A stretch of 64,000 bases of DNA from Octopus vulgaris (GCA_951406725.2 OX597815.1:15128001-15192000); one strand, 5' to 3'. Counted from the first letter of the stretch, positions 39,481 to 52,548 are shown. The notes: generated by a model not told the origin, from the letters alone. Made by a program: numbers and translations.

Positions 39481-39590
39481 AGACTTACAATTGTTTCAAC
39501 TCATCACTTGCAGCATAAAAATTAACCAAATATAATTTAACTAAATGAATTTGGTTAATTACTACAAGTGACAAAATCTTCAGGGAAGGA
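39481..39590 (-). ncRNA. Hammerhead-like motif with long stem II
   Basis: CUGAAGA-U-[15-bp stem with G-U pairs plus a 12-bp stem]-UU-GAAA-CAAUUG-UA; stem I imperfect. Confidence 0.55.
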
Positions 39591-40104
39591 TGCACAAAGA
39601 AATTTATTATAGTTAAAACAAAATGAAAACATAAAAACAAGAAGACAGTGTACCATTAGAGTTTAAAATATATACAGAGTTATAAAAATAGATACAGTTA
39701 TAAAAAATATATATTTAGTCATAAATATGGCGGTGGTTGTGAATATGTTGCTGATTGACAGAATTGTGGGGAAGTGGGCCCCTTAACCGTCGTCAGACTG
39801 GTGGAAACATTGGTGACGGTGACATTGTTATAGTTTAGCTTTCTTGTATCTTTTCTTTTTTTTTACTTGTTTCGGTCATTAGACTGCTGCCATGCTGGGG
39901 CATCGCCTTGAAGAACTTTTAACCAAACGAATCCACCCCAGTGTTTACTTTTTTAATGCTGGTACTATCGGTGTCTTTTTCCGAACCACTAATTTATGAG
40001 GACGTAAACTCACCAAAACCAGTCGTCAAGCGATGGTGGGGGACAAACACAGACACACACACCATACACACACGCACACACACACAGACACACACATACA
40101 AACA

Positions 40105-40170
<66 letters not shown>

Positions 40171-40171
<1 letters not shown>

Positions 40172-41620
40172 TATGTTCTGCGATGAGCGTAATGTCATCT
40201 GCAAACGGAGGTCTGTGAGCAGCTGGCCGTAGATTTGCACGCCGCTGTTCCTGTCGATGTCTCTGATAACCATTTCTAGGCATGCCGTGAGGAGCTTCGA
40301 AGAGATTGTACCTCACTTGTTGACTCCCTTCTCGACCGAGACACGCACGCGTGATAACAAGGCCACGTCCGTAGTGCTTCTCGAATGTGCATCCCCAAAG
40401 AAGTTCATGTACTGCACCACAGCACCTTGCTTCTGGATAGACTGTAGCACCGCATTGATCTCGACACTGTCGAATGCTGAAGACCTTTTAAGAAGCAACC
40501 AGTACTCTTTCGTTCGCCCCAACAATTGCGTCAGAGTAAATATGTGATCTATCGCCCTGAAGCACTTTTTAAACCTTGCCTGTTCTCTTGGCTGTTGTTC
40601 AGCAAGCTATTGCAATGATTAGCATACAATCATCTTTGTAAACAGCTTGTATATGTGAGACAGAAGATATTATGCGATCGTTTCTGAGATCTTCCCCATC
40701 ATCCTTTTTGTACAAGATGGTGTTCGGCTCTTTCCATTGAGGGGTATACGCTCTTCCCGTATGTAGTGGTTGAAACGTAGAACGTAGACTTTTCACAGCT
40801 GCTCTTCGCCGGTCTGCAGCATTTCGGATGTTATACCACCCTTGCCCTTTTTCACCCGCTTCAGGGCCTTCTCAACCTCTCTGACCATAATAGATAGTAC
40901 TTCTCGCGTTCTGTATGACGATTAAGGCGATGACTTCCACAACTGACTTGCAGAGATTGGTGAAGAAGGTTTGGCAAATCTCCTTCATTTCCTCCTTTTC
41001 CTTCACTGCGATGCCGTCCTTGTTCTTCAACGTCGTCACTTCTGACCTGTTCTGCGCCATCTCTCTTTTGCACTTCTTAGAAATTTTCCGTCCCTCCGCA
41101 GTTCTGTGGAGCTTTTCTTCCCTGTAATTTTAAACATTTTCTGACAGACATTGTCTTATAACTTTGCAAAGAACAGCGTAGTCTTGATCAGATGTGAATT
41201 GTCTCTCTTCATGTACCCTCCACTTATCCATCAGTTTGTTTGTCTGTTCCGAAAACCTTTCTTTTGCATTCTTCGGGCCTTCGACTCTCACCCTCCTCAA
41301 GCACTCTTTCAACTTCTAGATCAGTGCGTCATGATTTTCATCGATTCCTTTAAGCTGGTTCCAGGGCTCATTACTAATAGCTTCTTCAACTTCATTTCGT
41401 CAACAACCTTCATTCTCTGTTTCTCGACGTTAGATGCAGAGTCATCTTCTCCCTGACCTCGTCAAGAATAATCTTCGCCATCGCTTCCTGTGTTGAATGG
41501 CGCTACGACTAAGACGTCTTGCAATATGGGCGGTTTATCGACGAGGATGTAGGCGACCTCATTTTGGTCTCTTGCATTCGGTGCTACCCAGGTCCATCTT
41601 TTCTCCATCTTCTTGAATAT
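40171..41620 (-). mobile_element. RTE LINE, inverted 5' segment (EN end to RT FADD)
   Basis: KRWTWVAPN...NEVAYIL, EQPREQARF, EKGV.. and FADDITLIAE fragments. Confidence 0.85.
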
Positions 41621-41621
41621 A

Positions 41622-42322
41622 ACTAGGTAGTTACAAACTATGCTGGACTAGCTGAACACAAGAGGGTCGGCCTGAGGATAAATCTTGCAAGCTTATGACT
41701 TGACACCCGGTCAAGTTGTGATTGGAGGCTATGAAATCGAGGAGGTGGAAAGTTATGTGTACCTCGGTCAAGCTACAACCATGGGACGCGACATGAACAA
41801 TGAGATTTCGCGGAGAATACGGTCAGGCTGGAGAGCATTCAACTCAGCAAAGGATGTGCTGAAATCGAGCCTCGAAAATCCACTTGCGCAAACCTCTTCA
41901 CTAATACGGTTCTATATTAGTGAAACCTGTGCGACAACGAAGATTGGGAACAGCCCTTAATAATGGCGGAAAGAGTTGTGGAAAGGTCGATGCTAGGAAT
42001 TTCCTAATCTGCCGAAACGAACAGATTAGGAAAAGAACTAGAGTGAAGACCGTTATCGTTGAATACCGTCTAAACAAACGTGGGTGGGCCGGATACGTTG
42101 CAAGGTGAACCGCTAACCAATGGACCTGTGCAGTTGCCGAGTAGCACTCGTATGATTGGAAATGACCACTTGGAAGGCTTCCACTCAAATAGATTGACGA
42201 TCTAAAGAAAATAATGGGGTCGCAATGGAAAAAGAGAGCGAGATCAAGAACTGAATGGATGAAATACTGTAGTCAGCGGATTCAAAGCGATATCTGGACA
42301 TCCGATAGTCTGGCCGGTCAAG

Positions 42323-42325
<3 letters not shown>
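41622..42325 (+). mobile_element. RTE LINE, forward 3' segment
   Basis: LQTMLD.LN, IEEVESYVYLGQ...EISRRIRSGWRAF and WAGYVAR. Confidence 0.85.
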
Positions 42326-42371
<46 letters not shown>

Positions 42372-42434
42372 GGCGAGTTTCTTTCAGTCTCCACCTACCA
42401 AATCCACTCACAAGGCTTTGGTCGGCCCGAGTGT

Positions 42435-42570
42435 ATAACTGGTACTTAATTTATCGACCCCGAAAAGATGAACGGCAAAGTCGACCTCGGCGGAATTTGA
42501 ACTCAGAACGTAAAGGCGAACGAAATACCGCTAAGCCCAGCGTGCAAATATTTCTGCCAGCTCACCACCT
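42435..42570 (-). mobile_element. SINE B partial
   Basis: Head and core match family B. Confidence 0.8.
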
Positions 42571-42573
42571 TAC

Positions 42574-42610
<37 letters not shown>

Positions 42611-43470
42611 GCATTTGATAGAGATGCAGGTGCAGCTGTGATGCAATATATTTGCATAAAACTGTTGAAACCACAATGATAGTAGTGCAGCTACTGCTGT
42701 TGTTGATGATAATGATGGTGGTGATGATGGTGATGAGGAGGAGAAGGAGGAGAAGAAGAATAACGGTGATTGCAGTGGTGTTTGTAGCGATGATTATGAT
42801 AATGGTGACACATTGCCAATATAACCTCCCTTTTATAGACAAACAAATCTAAATGATGTCATCACTGTACTCAACAAGCGACGGCTTCCAACAAGTTTGC
42901 CAGCGAGCCAGCTGTTATATATGCACGCGAGGACGTACAAATAGAAACGAAGGTAAGCTTGTAAGTCAATGGACAATGAACTACATATCTATTGAATCGT
43001 TTCAATAGCAATGTTATTAACACTATCAAAACCGGTTTGTTGTTGCTATACTTAGACACCTGACAATGTGTTCTAATCTGTGTGTGTTTGCAAAACGCGT
43101 TTATATAAAACAGCCAATTTTCCTTCTGTTTACAAAATAAATAAGACGCACTGAACCATGTTGTCGTAGATATACACAAATGAATGGCCTTGGCTGGAAC
43201 GCTTTTGATCAAATAGAACTGACTTTGCGCAACCAACTGCCGCAATAACAACGACAACAACAACACGAACCAACAAGGAAACTTCTTCGGTGATTGCTCA
43301 ACCTGCTAGAAATAGCATTCAGTTCATTAAAAATTTTCAAGACGGTGCCCCAGCATGGGCACGGTCTAATGACTGAAACAAATAAAAGATAAAAGATGGA
43401 GAAATACAGAGAATGCTTGGAATGAATGGAGATGGTCATGAATGGGAATCCTTTTTATTCTGAGTTATTA

Positions 43471-44400
43471 AACACGCTGGGCGAAATGCTTAGCAGTATT
43501 TCGTCTGCCGTTACGTTCTGAGTTCGAATTCCACCGGGGTCGACTTTTTCTTTCATCCTTTCGGGTCGATTAAATAAGTACCAGTTACGCACTGGGGTCA
43601 ATATAATCGACTTAATCCCTTTGTCTGGCCTTGTTTGTCCCCTCTGTGTTTAGCCCCTTATGGGTAGTAAAGAAACAGGTATTTGGTCTGCCGCTACGTT
43701 CTGAGTTCAAATTCCACCGAGGTCGACTTTGCCTTTCATCTTTTCGGGGTCGATTACATAAGTACCAGTTACGCACTGGGGTCGATATAATCGACTTAAT
43801 CCGTTTGTCTGTCCTTGTTTGTCCTCTCTGTGTTTAGACCCTTGTGGGTAGTAAAGAAATAGGTATTTTGCCCGTCGCTACGTTCTGAGTTCAAATTCCA
43901 CCGAGGTCGACTTTGCCTTTCGTCCTTTCGGGGTCGATTAAATAAGTACCAGTTACGCACTGGGGTCGATATAATCGACTTAATCCGTTTGTCTGTCCTT
44001 GTTTGTCCTCTCTGTGTTTAGTCCCTTATGGGTAGTAAAGAAATAGGTATTTCGTCTGCCGCTGCGTTCTGAGTTCAAATTCCGCCGGGGTCGACTTTTT
44101 CTTTCATCCTTTCGGGGTCGATAAATTGAGTACCAGTTACGCACTGGGGTCGATATAATCGACTTAATCCGTTTGTCTGTCCTTGTTTATCCCTTCTGTA
44201 TTTAGCCCCTTATGGGTAGTAAAGAAGTAGGTATTTCGTCTGCTGTTACGTTCTGAGTTCAAATTCCACCGAGGTCGACTTTGCCTTTCATCTTTTCGGG
44301 GGTCAATAAATTAAGTACCAGGAAAGTACTGGAATCGATGTAATCGACTATTACTCTCCACCAAAATTCTAGGCCTTGTACCCATAATAGAAAGGATTAT
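43471..44400 (+). mobile_element. SINE B array (5 units)
   Basis: Four ~184-bp units with the Tx1-like tail, then one with the alternative tail. All junctions at GGTATTT. Confidence 0.9.
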
Positions 44401-44964
44401 CGTTCTGTGCTATCCGGATTGATCAAGGGCTAAAAAAAAACTATAACCAACTTGTCTCTTACCAATTTAAAACATTGGAACAAATTTAAGAATTATGAAG
44501 GAGAGCGGGGATGTTATCGACTGAACGGACACAAGGATATTATTGCTGGTTATTTTATCGACCTTCGTTCAATGAAATGAAAGAAAAACAAATACGGGTT
44601 AGATTTGAACTGTCATCATCATCATCATCGTTTAGCGTCCGTTTTCCATGCTAGCATGGGTTGGACTATATGTGAAATTAAATGGTTCTGCCTATGATTT
44701 CACTTTGAAGATACGAATTATCACCCTGGGGTTTATGAAGATTAAGATTTTGTTGTTTTTAGTTTCTAATCCCAAGTTCAGGTCCCGATTCAGCAGACAT
44801 AGGATCATCGACTTTAGAGCCGTGATCAGCGTCCCTCCACAATTGTTTTTTTTTTGTTTTTGTTTTTTTTTTTTCTGAGACGTGATGTATCTAGGACTGA
44901 ATCCTCCTCCAATGTGTCCCCTTCACTTTGTTCGAAATGTGAAGTTGTTCTTTCTAGCAAATCG

Positions 44965-45085
44965 AGAAGAAGAAGAAGAAGAAGAAGAGGAGGAGGAGGA
45001 AGAAGAAGAAGAAGAAGAAGAAGAGGAGGAAGAAGAAGAAGAAGAAGAAGAAGAGGAGGAAGAAGAAGAAGAAGAAGAAGAAGAA

Positions 45086-45144
<59 letters not shown>

Positions 45145-45147
45145 GGC

Positions 45148-45180
<33 letters not shown>

Positions 45181-45259
45181 GGAAGAAGAAGAAGAAGAAG
45201 AAGAAGAAGAAGAAGGAGGAGAAGAGGAAGAAGAAAAAGGAGGAGAAGAAGAAGAAGAA

Positions 45260-45291
<32 letters not shown>

Positions 45292-45557
45292 AGAAGAAAA
45301 AGAAGAAGAGGAAGGAGAAGAAGAAGAAGAAGAAGAAGAAGAAGAAGAAGAAGAAGAAGAAGAAGAAGAAAAAGAAGAAGAAGAAGAAGAAGGAAGAAGA
45401 AGAAGAAGAAGAAGAAGAAGAAGAAGAAGAAGAAGAAGAAGAAGAAGAAGAAGAAGAAGAAGAAGAAGAAGAAGAAGAAGAAGAAGAAGAAGAAGAAGAC
45501 GAAGAAGAAGAAGAAGAAGAAGAAGAAGAAGAAGAAGAAGAAGAAGAAGAAGAAGAA
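44965..45557. repeat. (GAA)n/(GAG)n polypurine tract
   Basis: About 590 nt, almost purely purine. Confidence 0.95.
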
Positions 45558-46659
45558 ATTACGTACGAGGTGTCAGGCGTTTTTAGCAACGATATATGAA
45601 ATTACCAGAATGAAATTTACCTTCAAATAATGTTTTCTTCTTCACAAGACAGTTAGGATCGAACTCTGAATAGAGACGTGCAGCAGAAACTTTAAATATA
45701 TTAAAACGTAGATTAACAACTACGTAATTCTCTTTTCAAAGCCACTTCTACTGTGTCATGTAATAAATTGCCTGAAACTCAGGCGGATTATCATTTAATC
45801 CATCATGTTCCGATAATCTGTTAAATATGGTTAGAGATTTATTACGAAAGTGGAGAGGAGGGATATTTTCTACATTCATCGTTCATCCTTATCATTTACC
45901 ATTCCTTACCTTTTCCTCTCTCTCTCTCTCTCTCTTTCTCATTTCTCGTTCTCCTTTCTTTTTCTTTGTCGCTGGCTATTTACTCTTGTAACTATGTATA
46001 AACACATAGTCACACATACACACATACACACACACACACATAGATAGAATAAATTGTCTATCTTTTAGTCTATTATTCTTTTCTACTCTAGGCACAAAGC
46101 CCGACATTTTGGGGGAGCGCGGCAGTCGATTAGATCGACCCCTCTACGCAACTGGTAGTTAATTTATCGACCTCGAAAGGATGAAAGGCAAAGTCGACCT
46201 CGGCGGATGATAGACAATTTATTACAGTATTTATGAGTAGTTTATTCACACCATGGTCTTCATTGTAAAGTAAAAGAAAAGAGAATGAAAAGAAAGAGAA
46301 AACAGTGAGAAAGAAAGAAAGAAACAATTCATAAATAAATAAGAAAGAATGAAAGAAAAAATAAATAAATAAGAAAGAAAGAAAGAAAGAAAGAAAATAT
46401 ATAAATAAATAAGAGACAGAAAGAAAGAAAGGAAGGAAGAAAGAAAATATATAAGAAAGAAAATAAATAAGAAAGAAAGACAGACAGAAAACAAGAAAGA
46501 AAGAAAGAAAGAAAGAATGTTATAATTACTCCTTTTATCTTCACCTGCTAAGACCAAGAGCGTGTTTTGAAGTTTAAATTTAGATGATATGAAATTTTCA
46601 GCCGTTTCTTTGTGTATTTACTTTGAGTATTTACTTGTCCTAAAGGCACACATATATCC

Positions 46660-46880
46660 ATTTCAAATTTTGGCACAAGGCCAGCAAGTTCAGGGGAGGG
46701 AGAAAAATCGATTACATCGACCCTCAGAACTCAACTGGTACTTATTTGATCGACACTGAAAGGATGACAGGATAAAATGCAAAGTCGACCTTGGAGAATG
46801 TTGAACTCAGAACGAAAGGTGGTCAAAATGCTGCTTAGCATTTTGCCAGGCGTGCTAACAATTCTGCCTGATTGCTGACT
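46660..46880 (-). mobile_element. Old SINE B (further fragments at 46075-46206, 47757-47860 and 48760-48845)
   Basis: Degenerate head and core with the alternative tail. Confidence 0.75.
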
Positions 46881-46883
46881 TAA

Positions 46884-47755
46884 TCTACTACATATGGGGG
46901 AAATTCTGTTTGTGGGTATGTTTGTGCAGTTGTTAGCTAAATCCTGCTACATCGTTTATCGATTTTGATAAAATTTGATATGTGAGTAGAACTCGTGTCT
47001 TGAAACTTCGTGGCATACTTAGATTATTGAAAACAATCGATAATAGGGCCCCTGGAAGGGATCCTTATAAATATCTAATATATTTTATATTAAAAACCAA
47101 GGGAAATAACGCATTCGGCCCTGGAAGGAATCCTCATATATAACCATTTTCCTAAATTATTTGGCAAAAATGAAATTGAGTATGCTTATTTCTTAGTATT
47201 TGAACTGTTAGAGTTATTTTCGCAATATTTCCAGTACAACCCTTAAACAAGTAAATAGTATTTTCCTAAACAATAGATCCACTTACGAATATACCAACAC
47301 AATTGCCTCTGGGGGTAATATACTCCGGGAACGCACAAAAGCCCTTTTCAGAGTTATTTACTTTGAATTGTTATTATCTCATATCTGATTAACCTGTTAT
47401 TATGTAACATGCTTCGCGATTTTAGTATATCTTATTAGTATTTCCTCCTAAGTTCTTTATACTCTGGGAACCCATTAAGGCCCATTCCGGGCTTCTTCAT
47501 TTGAATTCTTACTATCGGGTAACTAATTTCATGCTATTACATAACTAACTTCGCAATTTGGGTATTCATAACTTATTGGGAATTCCTAAAAACAAGATCC
47601 TGTGTAAGACAGTTTGGTATTCTCTGTAAATGCACAAAAACTCTTTTAAGGGCTACATATTTTGTACTGTTTTTATTAGCTTAACGAAACAATTATGAGA
47701 ACAGAACCAAGGGATTGGCCCCGCTTTCCCGAGAATTATCGGGTACGTCAGCTAG
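46884..47755 (+). mobile_element. Non-autonomous Helitron (family 2)
   Basis: A|TCTACTA...CCCGA-GAATTA-TCGGG-tacgtcag-CTAG|T. Confidence 0.7.
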
Positions 47756-48045
47756 TGTTTCAAATTTTGGCACAATTTGAGGGAAGGGGTTAAGTCGATT
47801 ACATCGATTCCAGTGCTCAACTGTTACTTATTTTATCGACCCTGAGAACATAAAAGGCAAAAGATGCGTGAACGCCGCTGTCACCCCACAACCACAACAG
47901 CCATCATCAACACCATTACCGTCACCAACCCCACCACGAAATCTACACCCCCTCCATACAATCTACATTGGAACATCTACAGAGTAGTATGTATATGAAC
48001 ACGTGCGCTATATAGGAAGGGGATCAATACAGTTATAGTCCACTG

Positions 48046-48400
48046 CAGGGGTTCTCGCCAATTTTTCTTTTTATCTATGGACCCCTTTGATTACTATTTT
48101 ATTCTGGTGGGCCCCCATAGCTATTCAGTGTTTAAAAACTAGTTTAATAGAAATTTTATTCAAAATTCCTATTTCGTTTTTCACCTATTAACCTGTACAG
48201 GCTGAACTAATGTAAAATGTCAGAGGAAGAAACCTGGTTGTTTCTTGCAATACATACCAATACATACATCTAAAGCAGATCTTTTTCAGGGGCCCTTAAA
48301 ACAATACTGTGCATCCCCAGTTTACTATTTTGTTGAGTGGAATCCCCAAAATTTTGTATGGACCATCAGGGGCCACATGGGCCCTGATTGAAAACCACTA
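48046..48400. mobile_element. hAT (Charlie-like) MITE
   Basis: TIRs CAGGGGTTCTC / GAAAACCACTA; degenerate 8-bp TSD GTCCACTG / GTCTACAG. Confidence 0.65.
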
Positions 48401-48402
48401 GT

Positions 48403-48498
<96 letters not shown>

Positions 48499-49185
48499 GA
48501 CAGAGACAGAGACAGACAGAAAAAGAAGGAGGAAGAGAAAGAGAGAGAAAGAGAAATAGTTACTACATCTTTAATCTGTTGTATTGTCGCAACTGGAAAG
48601 CTTTTGATGATGCGTCTTGTTCACCACAGCTTGCCTCAGATTAAATAACAATAACAACTTAGAGTTTCCACCATATTTGAACTGACATCCTGTGTGTATG
48701 TAGCTAATGCGTTATCCACTCAATTAATCCACATCTGTAATAACTGAGACATAAAACAATGGCTTCCAATTTAGGCACAAGGTCAGTAATTTTTAAGGGA
48801 ATGTGATTAGTCGATACCATCGACCCAGTACTTGATTCTGTGTCAGTTTTAATCGCAGCAGTCTGTCTGTATGTCGCTTCAGGGGGTAGTTTTGTCAGGT
48901 CTTCGCCAATTATACAATTACGATCATCGAATGGAAGTGGGACGATGAATATATAAATATGTATAAATATGTAAAACAAGTCTGGAGTTGTCACAATAGT
49001 GCTAAAGATTAGACTCACTCCCTACAACATTCCATATTTGATTGATATTAATTAATTGTAATTCTGGAATCACCTCCGCCTTTCTGTTCATTCATTTCTC
49101 TGTTCATATATTTATTTATTTACTTATTTCAATATTAGAAAATGATTCTACTTTTAATCATAACATTTTCTTAGTTCATTATATA

Positions 49186-49583
49186 CTAGCAGTATCGCCC
49201 GGCGTTGCTCGGGTTTGTAAGGGAAATAACTATATAAGCATTTTTTAGAGAGTTATAGCCAAAAAATAGCAAAAAAATGCATTAAAAATGAAAAAAAAAT
49301 TATGGTAAATTTTTTTTAAATCGTTGACTCATCGTAGACATTTTTAGAGAGTTACTTCCCTTATATAATAGCGAAAAATGCATTAAAATGGAAAAAAGAT
49401 GGTAATTTTTTTTTTTAATCGTAAACTCATCGTAGACGCGCGCTAATACCCAGAAGGGCTCGATATGAATCACGACTATAAGATACCCGGTTTTGGTTAA
49501 ACTCCACCGCAAAATGTGGGAGTAGTTAGGAATCTAAATCGTAGGAGACAGACAGCACACAACCTCACTTTTATATATAAAGT
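49186..49583 (-). mobile_element. Non-autonomous Helitron (family 1, copy 2)
   Basis: Near-identical to 19289-19682; 5' TC mutated. Confidence 0.85.
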
Positions 49584-50199
49584 TAAGTATGTCTAGCAAC
49601 TAATCAACTCTGTCCGTCTTCTTGTCCGTGAGTCGATTTGTCTGTCAGTCAGTCTCTGTGCCTATCATTTTGTTCATATATTGCTTTCAGCTGGTTCATG
49701 TTTTAGCTGTAGAGCATCGGCCTTGACTGAGAGGACCTTTGGTCAAAGCCGATCCAGCGATGACAATCCCATGTTTTCCTCAGATGCAGTGCGCAGGGTA
49801 TCGCATAATTAGTTGCTATTTCTATCAAGTAGAACAAACTTCTTTGCTGATATATTGCTTGTATGAGTATATATAAATGATTTGGTAGGCCCGTTTTAAC
49901 AATAACTTATAAATCTGTAAGTGAATGATAATCTAATGAAAACATCTGCCTAAAGAGAACTAAATATGGCTTCTTTCTAAGATCCTTCTTTCTAATTTAT
50001 TTGACAAGCTGCATTGTTCAAATCTAGGGCTAATAAAATAGTATAATTGAAGAAAGACATAATGGCATGTAAAGGGGGCTGAGTTTCGTCTTTGGCCAGC
50101 GCAGTGACAACTCGGAACATGTTTTGGTATTATTTTGCCTCATTAGCGAAGTATACTATTTAATAGCACTCACCAGATCCGAGATAACTGGCTGATGTA

Positions 50200-50790
50200 C
50201 AAAATGTAAGTAAATGACTATTAACAGACATGACATGTTAAATACATGACGGGCTTAATTAGCGAAGCATACTTTTTGCTTGAAAACAATATAGTTAGGT
50301 GGGAAATAAAATGTTAATGTAATTAGCAAAGAAAATGCTAATTAAGTTTGCGTATATACTGAGGAGAAAATACTCATCAGATCAAATGAATAATTATGGT
50401 CAAGAAAAGCAGGGGAGATAACTCAGAAATCCAAGTGAATAATTGATATGAAGCAGGAAAAGGATGAACTCGTGTTTGGGAAGTCTGACGACAATACTGG
50501 ACGGTCACAGATCGTTGCATCACATCCAAATACGTCATCTATATGATGACGTCATGAGGAAAACCATCTCTCTATAAGCGGTTCGTTTCAACCAAGTACC
50601 ATTGAGTCAGTGATAGGACATACCTATGTGATCAGTTGAGATGTTCGAAAAATCTACCTCTTTTGACGTAGTTAAGAAAACTAAATATTTAATATTGTGG
50701 ACCTGCATACCATTAAAAGGATTGACTATTCAGAGCCATATTAGCCGAAATTTCACCTTAATAACACTGAATTTTTACAATTTCACGAAG
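50200..50790 (+). mobile_element. Decayed Penelope-like GIY-YIG C-terminus plus pLTR-like region
   Basis: LAKH..., VRWE and VISKEN...EEKILIR...AG fragments, then TGACGTCA and TATAA. Confidence 0.45.
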
Positions 50791-50806
50791 CAAAATTAAC
50801 ATTATA

Positions 50807-51227
50807 GCAGGAGTGGCTGTGTGGTAAGTAGCTTGCTAACCAACCACATGGTTCCGGGTTCAGTCCCACTGCGTGGCACCTTGGGCAAGTGTCTTCTGCT
50901 ATAGCCCCGGGCCGACCAATGCCTTGTGAGTGGATTTGGTAGACGGAAACTGAAAGAAGCCTGTCGTATATATGTATATGTATATATATGTGTGTGTGTG
51001 TGTGTGTGTTTGTGTGTCTGTGTTTGTCCCCCCAGCATTGCTTGACAACCTGATGCTGGTGTGTTTACGTCCCCGTCACTTAGCGGTTCGGCAAAAAGAG
51101 ACCGATAGAATAAGTACTGGGCTTACAAAGAATAAGTCTCGGGGTCGATTTGCTCGACCAAAGGCGGTGCTCCAGCATGGCCGCAGTCAAATGACTGAAA
51201 CAAGTAAAAAGAGTAAAAAAAAGAGTA
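50807..51227 (+). mobile_element. SINE A, full length
   Basis: Complete head, internal microsatellite and AAAAGAGT tail. Confidence 0.9.
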
Positions 51228-51662
51228 TTACAAAAATCATCAATTATGTGTGAAACTAAGTTTCACACATAATTGCCTCTGTTTCTCAGAGTAAACTGCT
51301 TTCGCACCTTCACCGCTCAAGCTCCTTTATTCCACTCCTCTTTCATCACCTATCACTCTTAGTACAACCAGCCCTTTATCTATAAAGCCTAGTCTTTCTT
51401 CCCAGGACACCGGCCCTCTTGAATCTTCTTCATGTCTTTCCTGTAACACTTCAAACGGAATATTAATGGCATCCTGCTCATCGGTTTCTGAAGGCCTTCA
51501 AAGGACTTCCTTTCGGCTTAATGTTTACGTACAAATATCGTTTTCAAAACACACCTTCAGCTGTTGATAATAATTGAAGTACTTAAAATATTCTCAAACG
51601 GAGCACATCTCTTATCAATACAGTCAGCATAACATTAAAAGATCAGTTATTTTAACAAGTCA

Positions 51663-52548
51663 CGTTGTCTGATTAATAAGTATCCGAACCATTGCCATAG
51701 TAACGAAGCTAAAGCACACAGAGTGAAGCTGCTTGGCACAGATTGAACTTCAAATCTGCTGCGCATGCTCACTAAGTTTTAATGTTCTAGCTCACTTCCG
51801 CTGTTTACAGCAGTGCTCGGAAGAAAGGTGTGTAACGTGTGATCGTCGCATTGGCCATGACAGAAAAAGTTGAGCAGAAAATCTGCATCAAATTTTGCCA
51901 AAAGCTTGGTGATATTTGCTCAGAAGCCTACGCAAGGTTTTCGAAAAGTTTTCATCGTTCTCGATATAATCAAGATTTTGTGCAACTGTTACCCCAGTGT
52001 CTTTTTGGCCAGCTGAAAGTAGTTTTGGCACAAACTTGACACACGCGTCTCATACCCAAATCTTCAGTGATAATGGACTGAACTGAACCGTAACTAATCT
52101 GCACATTGTCTGATAACTCATCGCTGGTGATTCGATGATTTTTCCCTCACAGCTGCGCCTACATATGCGATATTTTGCTCAGTTCTGCTTGTTGCGAGTC
52201 TCTCAGAACGTTCGTCAATATCGGCATTTTTCGGCCATCTTGGAACGGTCTAAACCACTCATACACTTGTGTGGCTCACACACCCCTCTCTATACACTTT
52301 CTGCAACTTTGCGTAGGCCTCTGAGCAGGTATCGCAATGATAACTTTCTGTCGTAGTCAATGTGACGATCACACGCTAAACACCTTCCTTCAAAGCACTG
52401 CTATAAACAGCGGAAGTGAGCTAGAATGTTAAAACTTATTGCGGATGCACAGCAGAGTTCAAGGTGAATACTCGCCAAGCGGTTTCACTCTGCTAGCTTT
52501 AATCTCGTTACCATAGCAATAGTCCGGATACTTATTGATCAGACCTCG
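51663..52548. mobile_element. Mariner derivative with ~200-bp inverted ends (two 5' ends)
   Basis: Plus strand: MTEKVEQKICIKFCQKLG. Minus strand: VYEWF...GSVQSIITEDLGMRRV...ENDENF. Right end CGAGGTCTGATC with TA. Confidence 0.8.

Larger units (their letters stand above)
39862..42431 (-). mobile_element. Older SINE A split by an RTE insertion
   Basis: SINE 3' half at 39862-40100; continuation at 42367-42431. Confidence 0.65.

Noticed and set aside
43471-44400. CRISPR-like regular array
   Set aside because: Units are ~184-bp SINE copies with no unique spacers and no cas genes; eukaryotic context.
44854-45630. Poly-E/R/K ORFs (similar ones at 59363-60573)
   Set aside because: Purine trinucleotide tracts; no splice signals or unique coding flanks.
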